From the NCBI GenBank assembly GCA_019057635.1, contig DXJL01000113.1:6737-70736 (forward strand): 64,000 nt of DNA, in the 5' to 3' direction. The notes under the pieces are model-generated. The model did no database searches. It worked only from the letters and a program-made list of their open reading frames with translations, and was not told the DNA's origin. Shown piece by piece: positions 44,682 through 54,505 of the stretch. How positions within the stretch are numbered: the stretch's first letter is position 1; each line of letters begins with the position of its first letter. The DNA is from Candidatus Heimdallarchaeota archaeon (GTDB lineage: Archaea; Asgardarchaeota; Heimdallarchaeia; Hodarchaeales; Hodarchaeaceae). Both the position numbers and the translations under genes were made by a program.

Positions 44682-47129
44682 GTGGAAATAATGTTCACAA
44701 CTTTTTTGGATTTAGAGCTCATTGAACAGCTAACCCTTCTTATCGTAATTGGTGTTGCCATTATTGCGTTTATCTACTCATGGTGGCTACGCAAAGATGT
44801 TCTCAGCCATGACAAAGGGTCTGAAGAAATGCAACAGGTATGGGAAGCTATCAATGAAGGAGCAAATGCTTATCTGAAACGACAACTCAAAACAATTCTT
44901 CCTATAGTGCTAATTCTTACGATAGCGCTGTTTTTCAGTGTGTACTTAGTTGAACCCACTGAAGCAGCGAGAGATGAATTTGTTGGACTCGATCCAGTAC
45001 TAATGGTTGCAATAGGACGTACTATAGCATTCATAATGGGAGCATCGTTCTCAATGATGGTAGGTCAATTTGGTATGCGTATTGCAGTTCAAGGAAATTT
45101 AAGAGTAGCTGCTACAGCATCACAGACTACTGATGAATATGGTAACCCAATAGATGTAGGACAGAGATATAGTAAAGCTCTTTCTGTTGCTTATCATGCT
45201 GGAACTGTCACAGGTATGTTAACCGATGGTTTTGGACTATTGGGTGGTACTCTCATATTTATTATCTTTGGACAGGCAGCACCTGATGCGTTACTTGGTT
45301 TTGGGTTTGGTGGAACCATTCTAGCTCTATTCATGAGAGTTGGAGGAGGCATTTACACTAAAGCTGCTGATGTAGGAGCAGATCTCGTTGGCAAGGTCGA
45401 AAAAGATATTCCAGAGGATGATCCTCGAAATGCTGGGGTCATTGCTGATCTAGTTGGAGATAATGTAGGCGACTGCGCTGGTATGGCTGCAGATATTTTT
45501 GAGTCGTACGAAGTAACCATTGTTTCTTCCTTAATATTAGGACTAGTGCTTTATCAAATAGATGAACGAATCGTTTGGATTATGTTTCCATTAATAGTCC
45601 GAGCTGTGGGCGTAATCAGTTCGATTGTAGGTACTTATGCAGTCGCATTATGGAAAACACCTGATGCAGAAAAAGCTATGTTCCAATCCTATGAGATTTC
45701 TAGCGCTATCACTATTATTACGTCGCTGTTCTTGGCTACATTTTATGCTGGCGATTGGAGACTCGGTTTTCTAATTGCGGTCGGTGTTTTACTTGCAGTA
45801 TCTTTCAACCCAATTACAGCACGTTTCACTGCAAAAGCTGGAGGACCAGTCGTAGAGGTATTTGAATCTACTGAAGGGGGCCCAGCGACCACAATTCTAA
45901 GTGGAATAGCATTGGGATACGAAAGCAGTGTTTGGGCTGTTGTTGCAATCTCTGTATCATTCATTTTTGCAATCGTAACTTATGCAATTTTCCCCGATAA
46001 TAATGGATTGCCTTTGATTGGCGGATTGACTAATAACATTTCTGTCGCTCCAGAAGATATACAACATGCCATTCTATACGGAATTGCATTAATAGGTATT
46101 GGTATGCTTTCTCACACGGGAAATAATGTTGCTATGGATTCTTTTGGACCAATTAGTGACAATGCTCAAGGTATCGCTGAAATGACTGGTATGGACAAAG
46201 AATCAAGACATGTCCTCGAAGAATTAGATGCTGTAGGAAATACAACAAAAGCGATTACCAAAGGAATTGCGATTGCATCTGCCGTAATTGCATCGGTAAG
46301 TCTATTTGCATCATTTGTAACAGATGTCGGAATTGTCGCTGAAAACTTGGGAATTGAGAGTCCACTAGCATATGGATTACGTATTGATATACCTGCAGTC
46401 TTTGTAGGTCTTCTCCTTGGTGCTGCACTTCCATGGATATTTTCAGCATTCAATATTAGAGCTGTAAATCGAGCAGCTGGCCAAACTATTCAAGAAGTTC
46501 GTCGACAATTTAGAATACCAGGGATTATGGAAGGCACAAAGAAACCTGATTATGGTAACGTTGTTGAAATAGTAACTGCTGCAGCTCAAAGAGAACTGAT
46601 TAGCTTGACAATAATAGCAGTCAGTGTACCAATTTTTATGGCAATATTCTTTACAATTGCCCTTGGTGCTGTTAACATTCCTGGTTTGAATACAGCAGAA
46701 TTGATCGGGTCTGGTGTTGAAGTACTAGGTGGTTTTCAGGCAGGAATAATTGTTAGTGGACAATTACTAGCAGTTTACATGTCTAATGCTGGTGGAGCAT
46801 GGGATAATGCCAAGAAAGCTATTGAAGATGAAGTAAGAGATCTAGAGAAGAATACAGGGAAAGGATCGGAACGTCATAAAGCAAGTGTTGTTGGAGACAC
46901 TGTTGGTGATCCATTGAAAGATACAGCTGGTCCAGCGTTAAATCCTATGATAAAAGTAATTAACCTGATTAGTCTTATTATCGCTCCACTGTTAGTTCAA
47001 TCTTCTCAGGATTCTACACTAACGCTTATATTAGCAGTTGTTGGTGCATTACTTTTCGTCGCTTTCATCTGGGCTTATTTGAAAAGCTCCCGAAAATCAG
47101 CAATATCTTTTAACATTGAAGATGATTAA
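44682..47129 (+). CDS. hppA: Membrane-bound H+-translocating pyrophosphatase, K+-independent type
   Basis: GGIYTKAADVGADLVGKVE and DNVGDCAGMAADIFESYEV are present. The GNTTKA signature has Lys rather than Ala, indicating K+-independence. There are about 16 TM helices. Confidence 0.9.
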   Translation: MEIMFTTFLDLELIEQLTLLIVIGVAIIAFIYSWWLRKDVLSHDKGSEEMQQVWEAINEGANAYLKRQLKTILPIVLILTIALFFSVYLVEPTEAARDEFVGLDPVLMVAIGRTIAFIMGASFSMMVGQFGMRIAVQGNLRVAATASQTTDEYGNPIDVGQRYSKALSVAYHAGTVTGMLTDGFGLLGGTLIFIIFGQAAPDALLGFGFGGTILALFMRVGGGIYTKAADVGADLVGKVEKDIPEDDPRNAGVIADLVGDNVGDCAGMAADIFESYEVTIVSSLILGLVLYQIDERIVWIMFPLIVRAVGVISSIVGTYAVALWKTPDAEKAMFQSYEISSAITIITSLFLATFYAGDWRLGFLIAVGVLLAVSFNPITARFTAKAGGPVVEVFESTEGGPATTILSGIALGYESSVWAVVAISVSFIFAIVTYAIFPDNNGLPLIGGLTNNISVAPEDIQHAILYGIALIGIGMLSHTGNNVAMDSFGPISDNAQGIAEMTGMDKESRHVLEELDAVGNTTKAITKGIAIASAVIASVSLFASFVTDVGIVAENLGIESPLAYGLRIDIPAVFVGLLLGAALPWIFSAFNIRAVNRAAGQTIQEVRRQFRIPGIMEGTKKPDYGNVVEIVTAAAQRELISLTIIAVSVPIFMAIFFTIALGAVNIPGLNTAELIGSGVEVLGGFQAGIIVSGQLLAVYMSNAGGAWDNAKKAIEDEVRDLEKNTGKGSERHKASVVGDTVGDPLKDTAGPALNPMIKVINLISLIIAPLLVQSSQDSTLTLILAVVGALLFVAFIWAYLKSSRKSAISFNIEDD

Positions 47130-47305
47130 ACTTCAAATTCCCCTGAAGTATTCATCCTCCCCTTTTTTTCCTTTTTTTCTTACTTTAGTCAATTCTCGAA
47201 ACGAACACTTACTTGGAAAGACTCAATAGTCTAATAAATAAAGCCTTTAATGATTCTATTTTCGGTATAGCTGAAGCAAGGTCAGCGGAAAGAGGTACTG
47301 GATAA

Positions 47306-47851
47306 ATGTATTATTTGACTCAAATCCGTGAAACTATTCGAATTCCCCCCAATAGATTTGGACAACCTCTAGAGGAGGTAATTCTTGATATCTCAAGAAC
47401 GAAGAATGAAACTACAATTGGAGGAGATGTGGGAATGATTGTCGCGATTTTGTCTGTAAATGAGATTTCACCTGGTAGGATTGTACCTGGTGACGGAGCA
47501 ACTTTTCACGATGTAGAATATCAGGCGATTTCTTTTCGTCCTTTAGACGATGAAGTAACTGAAGGTGAAGTAGTTGAAACAACCAAATTTGGATTCTTCA
47601 TGCGAATAGGGTGTACTGATGCTTTAGCACATATCAGTCAAATCGCTGATGAATATTTTCAAATGTCATCCCGTTCTTCAGGTGTTTTAGTAGGAAGAGA
47701 ATCAGGTAGAACTATCAGGCCTGGAGATTTGGTCCGAGGAAAAATCATTACTGCTACTGTAGATCATGTAAGTATGAAGATCGCAGTAACCATGAAAGGC
47801 GAGGGTTTAGGTTTAAAAACTTGGATTGACGAAAAAAAAGAGGCGGTTTAA
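47306..47851 (+). CDS. rpoE: DNA-directed RNA polymerase subunit E' (Rpo7)
   Basis: An Rpb7-like N-domain plus an S1 domain are present. It begins the conserved archaeal cluster rpoE-spt4-DUF359-S24e-S27ae. Confidence 0.8.
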   Translation: MYYLTQIRETIRIPPNRFGQPLEEVILDISRTKNETTIGGDVGMIVAILSVNEISPGRIVPGDGATFHDVEYQAISFRPLDDEVTEGEVVETTKFGFFMRIGCTDALAHISQIADEYFQMSSRSSGVLVGRESGRTIRPGDLVRGKIITATVDHVSMKIAVTMKGEGLGLKTWIDEKKEAV

Positions 47852-48046
47852 TTGGTAAAAATCAAAGCTTGTAAGAAATGTAACAGTATAGTTCAAGGAG
47901 AGGAAGTTTGTCCTATTTGTAAAACGCATAATCATTTATCAAAAAGCTTCGTAGGTATGGTCATTATCCGATCACCCCAAGGTAGTAAGATCGCGCGAAG
48001 ATTGAATATAAATCGTCCTGGAAAATATGCAATTAAAGTTCGTTGA
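47852..48046 (+). CDS. spt4: Transcription elongation factor Spt4 (RpoE'')
   Basis: The 64-aa protein has the C4 zinc finger CKKCNSIVQGEEVCPICK and sits immediately downstream of rpoE. Confidence 0.7.
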   Translation: MVKIKACKKCNSIVQGEEVCPICKTHNHLSKSFVGMVIIRSPQGSKIARRLNINRPGKYAIKVR

Positions 48047-48639
48047 GGGAACTTATTGTGGGATATAAACTCCCAGTTACACTTCGAAATTCATTTCGAG
48101 CCCCCATTGGAGAATTATTCATTGGAGATCATTCTATATCTGCTAAAAATGCAATAGAATATATAAAAAAGATCAATAGGGGACTTACTATTGCTATTGG
48201 GGATGTCTGTGCAAAATCTCTTCTTAACCAAGGGTTCCATCCCAATATCATTGTTTTTGATGAAAAAACACAACGTACTAAGAAAATTTCACTTGATCTT
48301 AAACAATATTCACTAAAAGATGTATACAATCCAAAAGAATGGATCCTGGAAAGCACAATTCATGAAATAAAAAATGCAATAGCTTTTTGTACTTCCAACA
48401 AATGTCGCATAGCAGTTAGGATTGACGGTGAAGAGGACCTATTAATCATCCCAGCGATAATTTCCCTACCTCTTGGAAGTGTAGTGATTTATGGACAACC
48501 TCCTGTTACCACTGAAGAAGGCATTGTGGTAGCGTTAATAACTTCTTCCCTGAAGAACATAATCCAAGATATATTGAAAAAATTCGAATTTCATGAGGAA
48601 TACATAGATGGAAATCACCATTACAGAAGAAAAACATAA
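48043..48639 (+). CDS. DUF359-family protein (GTP-dependent dephospho-CoA kinase family)
   Basis: GDVCAKSLLNQGFHPNIIVFDEKTQR fits the DUF359 motif. Its position in the conserved rpoE-spt4-DUF359-rps24e-rps27ae block is consistent. Confidence 0.6.
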   Translation: MRELIVGYKLPVTLRNSFRAPIGELFIGDHSISAKNAIEYIKKINRGLTIAIGDVCAKSLLNQGFHPNIIVFDEKTQRTKKISLDLKQYSLKDVYNPKEWILESTIHEIKNAIAFCTSNKCRIAVRIDGEEDLLIIPAIISLPLGSVVIYGQPPVTTEEGIVVALITSSLKNIIQDILKKFEFHEEYIDGNHHYRRKT

Positions 48640-48910
48640 TCCCCTCATTGGCCGAAATGAAATTAAGGCACTAATTACTCATCTTGGTGAGATCACACCA
48701 ACCAGAGAGGCAGTACGTTCCAAAATTGCAGCACAATTAAACTTTGATCTCGATCGTGTGGTAATTCAGAATATAATTGGTCATTTTGGTGAACCAAAAT
48801 CTCAACTAATTGCTCATTGTTATGATAATTCTGAGGATGTTTATGTATTCGAACCTAAATTCCGTCTTAAGAGAAATAAAATCATCCTAAATGATCAAAA
48901 AGAGGGTTAA
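48608..48910 (+). CDS. rps24e: Ribosomal protein S24e
   Basis: The 100-aa sequence NPLIGRNEIKALITHLGEITPTREAVRSKIAAQLN...FGEPKSQLIAHCYD is S24e-like. Confidence 0.75.
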   Translation: MEITITEEKHNPLIGRNEIKALITHLGEITPTREAVRSKIAAQLNFDLDRVVIQNIIGHFGEPKSQLIAHCYDNSEDVYVFEPKFRLKRNKIILNDQKEG

Positions 48911-48914
48911 CTAA

Positions 48915-49076
48915 ATGCCAGTTCGTAGAAATCCAGTCCAATCATATTATAAAGTTGATTATAAGAAAGGTACAATTAAGAGAACCAACAAGTTTTGCCC
49001 AAGATGCAAGGGATCTTTTTTGGCTAAACATAAGAATAGAGCAGCATGTGGACTGTGTGGTTATACGGAATTTTAA
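48915..49076 (+). CDS. rps27ae: Ribosomal protein S27ae (53 aa; below the track cutoff), with no ubiquitin fusion
   Basis: The translation [53 protein letters not shown] has a C4 ribbon CPRC...CGLCGY. It lies downstream of S24e. Confidence 0.7.
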   Translation: MPVRRNPVQSYYKVDYKKGTIKRTNKFCPRCKGSFLAKHKNRAACGLCGYTEF

Positions 49077-49097
49077 TCTTTAGATCATGAAGCTAGT

Positions 49098-50090
49098 ATG
49101 GCATCTACTGAACCTATCATTTTAGGGCTTGAAGGGACAGCTCATACAGCTGGGGTAGCTGTGATTCAAGGACCTCAAATCCATGCAAATGAATCCGCAA
49201 CATATTTTCCACCTCAAGGTGGAATTCATCCACGAGAAGCTGCTACCTACCTTACTAAGCAATTTCCCATCCTTCTTAAAAAAATATTTCAAAAATTACA
49301 ATTCAAACCTGATAAAATTGATGGAATTGCATTTTCTCAGGGTCCTGGCTTAGGTCCATGTCTTAGAACTACAGCTACTGTTGCTAGAGCAATTTCCTTA
49401 AAACTCAATAAACCACTTTTAGGAGTAAATCATTGTATTGCTCATGTGGAATTAGGAAGAACCATTACTCCAGCAAACGATCCGCTTGTTCTCTATGTAA
49501 GTGGAGGAAACACACAACTAATTACTTTCTTAAATGGGAGATATCGTGTCTTAGGAGAAACTCTAGACATTGCTATTGGAAATGCATTAGATTCATTGGG
49601 AAGAGAAATGAATTTACCCCATCCTGGGGGTCCCCACATTGAGAAACGAGCTCAACAAGGGAAGAATCTTCTATTACTCCCTTATACGATAAAGGGAATG
49701 TCTTTCTCCTTCTCAGGTATGGTAACTGCAGCAAAGAAATTGATTGCCAATCACTCAACTTCTGACATCTGTTACTCCTTTCAGGAGTATACATTTGCTA
49801 TACTGGCCGAAGCAACGGAAAGAGCCCTTTCTTGTACAAAGAAAGGTTCAGTATTATTGACAGGAGGAGTTGCTGCTAATGTCCATTTGCAAAACATCAT
49901 AAAACTAGTTGCGAAAGAGCAAGAATCCTTATTTTATGTCGTTCCAAGAAATTTAGCAGGAGACAATGGGGTTATGATTGCATTCGCAGGTACTCATCTA
50001 TTAAAGACAGGAGAAATTATCCCTATTCAGAAAAGTCAAGTTAAGCCTCGTTGGAGAACTGATCAAGTTCAAGTAGGATGGATCTCATGA
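49098..50090 (+). CDS. kae1: KEOPS subunit Kae1 (tRNA t6A threonylcarbamoyltransferase)
   Basis: ILGLEGTAHTAGVAV, HCIAHVELG and the ASKHD-fold motifs are present. The length is 330 aa. Confidence 0.9.
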   Translation: MASTEPIILGLEGTAHTAGVAVIQGPQIHANESATYFPPQGGIHPREAATYLTKQFPILLKKIFQKLQFKPDKIDGIAFSQGPGLGPCLRTTATVARAISLKLNKPLLGVNHCIAHVELGRTITPANDPLVLYVSGGNTQLITFLNGRYRVLGETLDIAIGNALDSLGREMNLPHPGGPHIEKRAQQGKNLLLLPYTIKGMSFSFSGMVTAAKKLIANHSTSDICYSFQEYTFAILAEATERALSCTKKGSVLLTGGVAANVHLQNIIKLVAKEQESLFYVVPRNLAGDNGVMIAFAGTHLLKTGEIIPIQKSQVKPRWRTDQVQVGWIS

Positions 50091-50740
50091 AATTAATACA
50101 AGCAGAAAAGATTGCAAAAGGTGCAGAAGCAGTTATATTTAAGGGAACATTTCTTCAAAGTCCTATTGCAATCAAACATCGCTTACCAAAATCTTATCGC
50201 CATCCAGATATTGATAATCGTATAAGACTTCACAGGTTAAGATCAGAAGCGAAAGTTATGACTAACGCGCGAAAAATTGGAGTTAGTGTACCTAGTTTAT
50301 TCGGGGTCGATATTGAGGATCATATTCTAATTATTGAATCGCTAGAAGGTAAATTGCTATTCGAGGAGATGAATTCATTACCGATAGACAAACTAGACCC
50401 AATTTTCGTCAATCTTGGGCATCAAATTGGCCTTTTACATAGTAACGATATAATTCATGGTGACTTGACTGTATTTAATGTTCTTATTCAATTAGAAGAT
50501 AAACTATCAATAATAGACTTTGGGTTAGGCAAAATTTCTAATGAATTAGAAGCAAAAGCGGATGATCTGCTTACTTTTTATTCAACTTTAAAAGCAATTC
50601 AACCAGCGTCAAATATTCTCTTCAATACATTTTTAGAAGGGTATCTAAGTGTGTATCCCGAGGGGAAGAACACTTATGAACAAATGAAAAAAATTCAAAG
50701 TCGTGCACGATATATCGCAAGGGAAGATCGCCTTGAATAA
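50078..50740 (+). CDS. bud32: KEOPS subunit Bud32 (atypical RIO-like kinase)
   Basis: GAEAVIFKG, the catalytic IIHGDLTVFNVL and IDFGLGKIS are present. It overlaps kae1 by 13 bp and the two are not fused. Confidence 0.8.
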   Translation: MDLMKLIQAEKIAKGAEAVIFKGTFLQSPIAIKHRLPKSYRHPDIDNRIRLHRLRSEAKVMTNARKIGVSVPSLFGVDIEDHILIIESLEGKLLFEEMNSLPIDKLDPIFVNLGHQIGLLHSNDIIHGDLTVFNVLIQLEDKLSIIDFGLGKISNELEAKADDLLTFYSTLKAIQPASNILFNTFLEGYLSVYPEGKNTYEQMKKIQSRARYIAREDRLE

Positions 50741-50764
50741 TCATATAAATTAGGTGGAAAACGG

Positions 50765-51520
50765 ATGAAATTCAAGATTTTTCATGAAGATCAAAAAATA
50801 TTAAATCAATGTAAGAGATTTATAGCGGGATGGCATGGATTAGGGGAAATTGGATATATTACTGTTTCTCATATAATTGAAAATCTCAAGTTAAAACGAA
50901 TAGCCACTATCATGTCAAGTGGAGCTCCTCCATTTATTTCTGTTCAAAACAATCAATTGAGACTTCCTTTCGAAATATATGGAAAAGAAGAATACGATTT
51001 TGCGATTTTCATTCCTCATCTACAGCCCTATCGTCATGTACAAATTGAATTTTCTGAAAAAATGTCTGAATGGATCCTAAAACAAAAAAATTTGTCTGAA
51101 GCATATTTCATAGGAGGGGTTGATGCTCGTTTAAAATCATCAGAGAACGAAATTCAATATATTCCGACAAGAGCTTTTTTAAATTCATCAAAGCTCAATT
51201 CAAATTTCATTGAAGAAATACAGACGAATTTACTTGATCCAGGGCTATTTGTTGCAGGACCTCTAGCTATTATGCTCGGATATCTTGACATGAGTATGTT
51301 TCCCGCTGTAGGACTTTTGGCCTATGCACAGAGAGAGCGCCCCGATCCATTAGGTGCTGTTGCTACCATTAAGAAACTTAATTATATTTTAAACATTGAT
51401 ATTGATACAAATGAATTAGTGCAAAATGCTCAAACAATAGAAGAGGAAATTAAACGACAATTAGCCCCTATCGAAGCAAATGATCCTGACAAACTTGCTA
51501 CAAAACGGATGTATACCTAG
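50765..51520 (+). CDS. PAC2-family (archaeal PbaA/PbaB-like) proteasome assembly chaperone candidate
   Basis: The N-terminal FIAGWHGLGEIGYITVSHIIENL resembles the PAC2 G-PG-G-VG motif. The length is about 250 aa. Confidence 0.45.
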   Translation: MKFKIFHEDQKILNQCKRFIAGWHGLGEIGYITVSHIIENLKLKRIATIMSSGAPPFISVQNNQLRLPFEIYGKEEYDFAIFIPHLQPYRHVQIEFSEKMSEWILKQKNLSEAYFIGGVDARLKSSENEIQYIPTRAFLNSSKLNSNFIEEIQTNLLDPGLFVAGPLAIMLGYLDMSMFPAVGLLAYAQRERPDPLGAVATIKKLNYILNIDIDTNELVQNAQTIEEEIKRQLAPIEANDPDKLATKRMYT

Positions 51521-51539
51521 AATGTCTCAATTTGAGCAA

Positions 51540-52331
51540 TTAACGCCCGTGACGTCGTTTTCGAGATTGATAGGTACGAATAGCTCGCCATAAGTCGATT
51601 TTTCTAAACCCTGGAAAATATACATCTGCAAAATAAAGCTCACTATATACAGATTGCCAAGTTAGAAAACCTGACAAACGTTCTTCGCCTGATGTTCGAA
51701 TAATAAGGTCAGGGTCAGGTATCCCATTGGTGTATAGATGTCGTTCAACTACTAATTCATTAATATCTTCTATGGCCATTTCATTGTTAGCTATTTTTTT
51801 TGCTATGGATTTCATTGCATCGATCATCTCTGCTCGACCCCCATAACCAATAGCAATGATAAGTGTTGGACCAGGTTTATCGGTTTGAGAACTTTTTTCT
51901 GCCCTATCTATTGCTTGTTGAACATTCGTCGGTAATGAATGAGTTCGTCCAATAACTTTAATTCTCACATTCCTTTTCTTGAACTCAGGATGATCAATAA
52001 GTTCCTTAAAGGTGGATTCAAATATATCCATTAACTCATTAATTTCACCCTCTGACCTCTCGAAATTTTCTGTCGAAAAGGCATAGAGAGTTACATATTC
52101 AATTTCCAGATCCCAAAACCACTCTAAAATATTTTTGAGCTTGTCACGTCCAAGGCGGTGACCAAAAGTACTCGGGAGCCGTTTCGCACGCGCATAACGC
52201 CGATTCCCATCCATGATTAAAGCAACATGTGTAGGGTGAATGCCTTCTTCAATGCCGCCTTTAATTTGATTCCACAATCTACGTTCATAGAGCTTATATA
52301 AAAGTGAATCAATTCGTAAATTAAATTTCAA
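51540..52331 (-). CDS. uppS: cis-Prenyltransferase (undecaprenyl-diphosphate synthase family)
   Basis: PTHVALIMDGNRRYA, YVTLYAFSTENFERS and the C-terminal RxG motif region ERLSGFLTWQ are present. Confidence 0.85.
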   Translation of the reverse strand: MKFNLRIDSLLYKLYERRLWNQIKGGIEEGIHPTHVALIMDGNRRYARAKRLPSTFGHRLGRDKLKNILEWFWDLEIEYVTLYAFSTENFERSEGEINELMDIFESTFKELIDHPEFKKRNVRIKVIGRTHSLPTNVQQAIDRAEKSSQTDKPGPTLIIAIGYGGRAEMIDAMKSIAKKIANNEMAIEDINELVVERHLYTNGIPDPDLIIRTSGEERLSGFLTWQSVYSELYFADVYFPGFRKIDLWRAIRTYQSRKRRHGR

Positions 52332-52494
52332 AATTAAAATCCAGCTATTTAATGTATGAGGATTTCATTTCTTAAAACATTCATTCAATAATATATATTT
52401 CTTGGATCCAAAGTTCCGCAAGTTTATCAAAGGATCCAGTTTTTTTCATTTTTAATATTTGAAAAATTAAGTAATCAAAAGAGAACATCATAAA

Positions 52495-52582
52495 TGGTGC
52501 GGGGGGTGAGATTTGAACTCACGAACGCCTACACGACTAGGACCTCAACCTAGCTCCTTTGACCTGGCTGGGAAACCCCCGC
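52495..52582 (-). tRNA. tRNA-Leu (anticodon GAG) with a long variable arm and an encoded CCA
   Basis: The reverse complement reads GCGGGGGUU...CUAGG-UUGAGGU-CCUAG...GUGAG-UUCAAAU-CUCAC-CCCCCGC-ACCA. The acceptor has 7 bp, U33 and G37 are present, the anticodon is GAG, the T-loop is UUCAAAU, and the length is 88 nt. Confidence 0.8.
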
Positions 52583-52594
52583 GTGTTTGCTCTA

Positions 52595-52960
52595 TTACCG
52601 TACAATGATCATATACTCTTTAAAGGGGGATTTGAATTCTGGCAGAACTTTTCCTGAAAATAAACGAAATGTTAGCCCACCAGAGGAAAAGGAATAAATC
52701 TTTTCTTTTCCAACTGGCTTTGTCCTATAGCTAGTGGCATTTAAAGCTACTTTAGCATCTTTAAATGATAGTTTCTTTTTCTTAGCCGCGGAAATAACTT
52801 CGATCTGGAGATTCTTTACATCGTGCAAATCGGCTATTTTTGAAGGAATTTCAATTTTTCCTCTGAGACCCAACTTCTCATCTCTAAAATCTATTAGCCA
52901 CAGATTATTATCTAAATCTTCCTCTAGCTGAAATACTTCCGCATTTATTATCATGTTCAT
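52595..52960 (-). CDS. Small OB-fold protein, possibly an RNA polymerase subunit Rpo8/RpoG-like
   Basis: Weak resemblance to crenarchaeal RpoG (..SFSSGGLTFRLFSG.. versus ..ISGLLYKISS..). It is otherwise unassigned. Confidence 0.2.
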   Translation of the reverse strand: MNMIINAEVFQLEEDLDNNLWLIDFRDEKLGLRGKIEIPSKIADLHDVKNLQIEVISAAKKKKLSFKDAKVALNATSYRTKPVGKEKIYSFSSGGLTFRLFSGKVLPEFKSPFKEYMIIVR

Positions 52961-52962
52961 TC

Positions 52963-53406
52963 CTACTCTTCTGAAGCTTGATCGCTTGCATATCGGTTAA
53001 AAATTGCCCGAACTCGATCTGCAACTGGTCCTGTTCCTTCAACACCCGTTTCAGAAACTTTCACTCTTTCAAGAACTACTATTAATCCGGCTTCATCATA
53101 GACTTTCACGTCCCCAGGACGACGAAAGATTTGTTCCAGTTCATCTTTCAACCCCGAAAGATCAAATGGGGCTTCTTCTAAATAAATCTCTGCTATTTGG
53201 TCACCATTTAAGCAAATACGATGAATTTCGTTACTATCATCATCACGCTTGGCTTTTATTAGTACACAGGTTAGAGTCTCTGGTGATAATCCCTTAAGTT
53301 CTCCAACGAATTTTTTCCCATTCTTGAGAATTACTGCTACTCTTTTATTGTTAAATGCAGTGATTTCTTTTTGAAAAGTTCTTTTGGCTTGACCGACCAT
53401 GGACAT
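52963..53406 (-). CDS. Sm-like (LSm) protein with a C-terminal extension
   Basis: The Sm1/Sm2-like KRVAVILKNGKKFVGELKGLSPETLTCVL...ICLNGDQIAEIYL is followed by a roughly 70-aa acidic tail. Confidence 0.45.
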   Translation of the reverse strand: MSMVGQAKRTFQKEITAFNNKRVAVILKNGKKFVGELKGLSPETLTCVLIKAKRDDDSNEIHRICLNGDQIAEIYLEEAPFDLSGLKDELEQIFRRPGDVKVYDEAGLIVVLERVKVSETGVEGTGPVADRVRAIFNRYASDQASEE

Positions 53407-53660
53407 GTAAAAGCCTCCTTACAAAACAAGCAGACATCGTTATTAGTAAATCCTTTAGATATTCATCCAAAATTTGCTTCGTAACGGTAATCTGGCTGGT
53501 TAAATGTGCAATTATCTTGTATATATATTTTTTCTGAAGTCCTGTTGAGAATATATGGAATATAAGAATTCATTTTAAGGAAAACCAACATTTTTAATTG
53601 ATAAACGCCTTTCTGAGTCTAAAAAGTAAGTATCAAGATCTTTGCCAACGAACAAGCTAC

Positions 53661-53969
53661 TTACATCTGTTCAACAGTTCTAGCCTCTATAAGAAGGGAC
53701 CAATCAAGATTTAGTTTGATAAGTTTTTCTAATTTCAGATCTAGTTCATCTTTTTGTCCAAAAGCTAAGGCTATATCTCCCGTCTTTATATCTACAAAAG
53801 TATCCTCACTGAAAGTAAACTTATATTCAGAATTATCGTCAGATAGGATTACATAAGCATCTACTTTCTCTTTTACCTTGCAAAAGAATTGAAATTTTGT
53901 TGTAGCAGCAATATTGGCAAGAGACAAAATAGTTATCTCCTCATAGGGTCTAATTGAAGTTCTTTTCAT
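53661..53969 (-). CDS. Hypothetical small protein, possibly an OB-fold
   Basis: It is a clean 102-aa ORF with alternating beta-strand-like segments. No motif was recognised. Confidence 0.2.
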   Translation of the reverse strand: MKRTSIRPYEEITILSLANIAATTKFQFFCKVKEKVDAYVILSDDNSEYKFTFSEDTFVDIKTGDIALAFGQKDELDLKLEKLIKLNLDWSLLIEARTVEQM

Positions 53970-54145
53970 CGTAATCCTCTCTTGTTAGCTAATTCCAGTT
54001 TTATGATTGAAATAATTAATATTCCTCATTCCTAACAAATCAATCTTTTTGGGGTCATCCTTTCTTAATAGAAAAAACTCAGCTTCTTTAAAACTTTAGG
54101 AGATTTCTGCTTACACTGAGCCCAAAATGACTGGAGTTAATTTTA

Positions 54146-54490
54146 ATGGAATTTTGTGAATGTGGAGCCCTTCTTGTCCCTGATAAGGAGACGGATGGAA
54201 CCATTGTAATGAAATGCAATTCATGTGGGAAAACGATACCTGCTGACTCTAAGTCTAATTCAAAAGCTTTCGAGATTAAACAAACCATAAGACACTCAGA
54301 TTTAGAAAAAACAGTCATTATTGATGATGAAAATGAAGTGCAAACTATGCCCACAGCAACTGCAAGCTGTGAAAAATGTGGACATCATGAAGCTGTATAC
54401 TGGCAGCTTCAAACTCGGAGTGCGGATGAAGCTTCCACTACATTTTATCGGTGTACGAAATGCAAATTTACATGGCGTGATTATGGCTAA
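54146..54490 (+). CDS. tfs: Transcription factor S (TFS; TFIIS/Rpb9-like)
   Basis: An N-terminal zinc ribbon CECG...CNSCG and a C-terminal TFIIS-type ribbon CEKCGHHEAVYWQLQTRSADEASTTFYRCTKC are present. The latter carries the RSADE acidic hairpin. Confidence 0.8.
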   Translation: MEFCECGALLVPDKETDGTIVMKCNSCGKTIPADSKSNSKAFEIKQTIRHSDLEKTVIIDDENEVQTMPTATASCEKCGHHEAVYWQLQTRSADEASTTFYRCTKCKFTWRDYG

Positions 54491-54505
54491 AAATAATAAA
54501 TGAGG

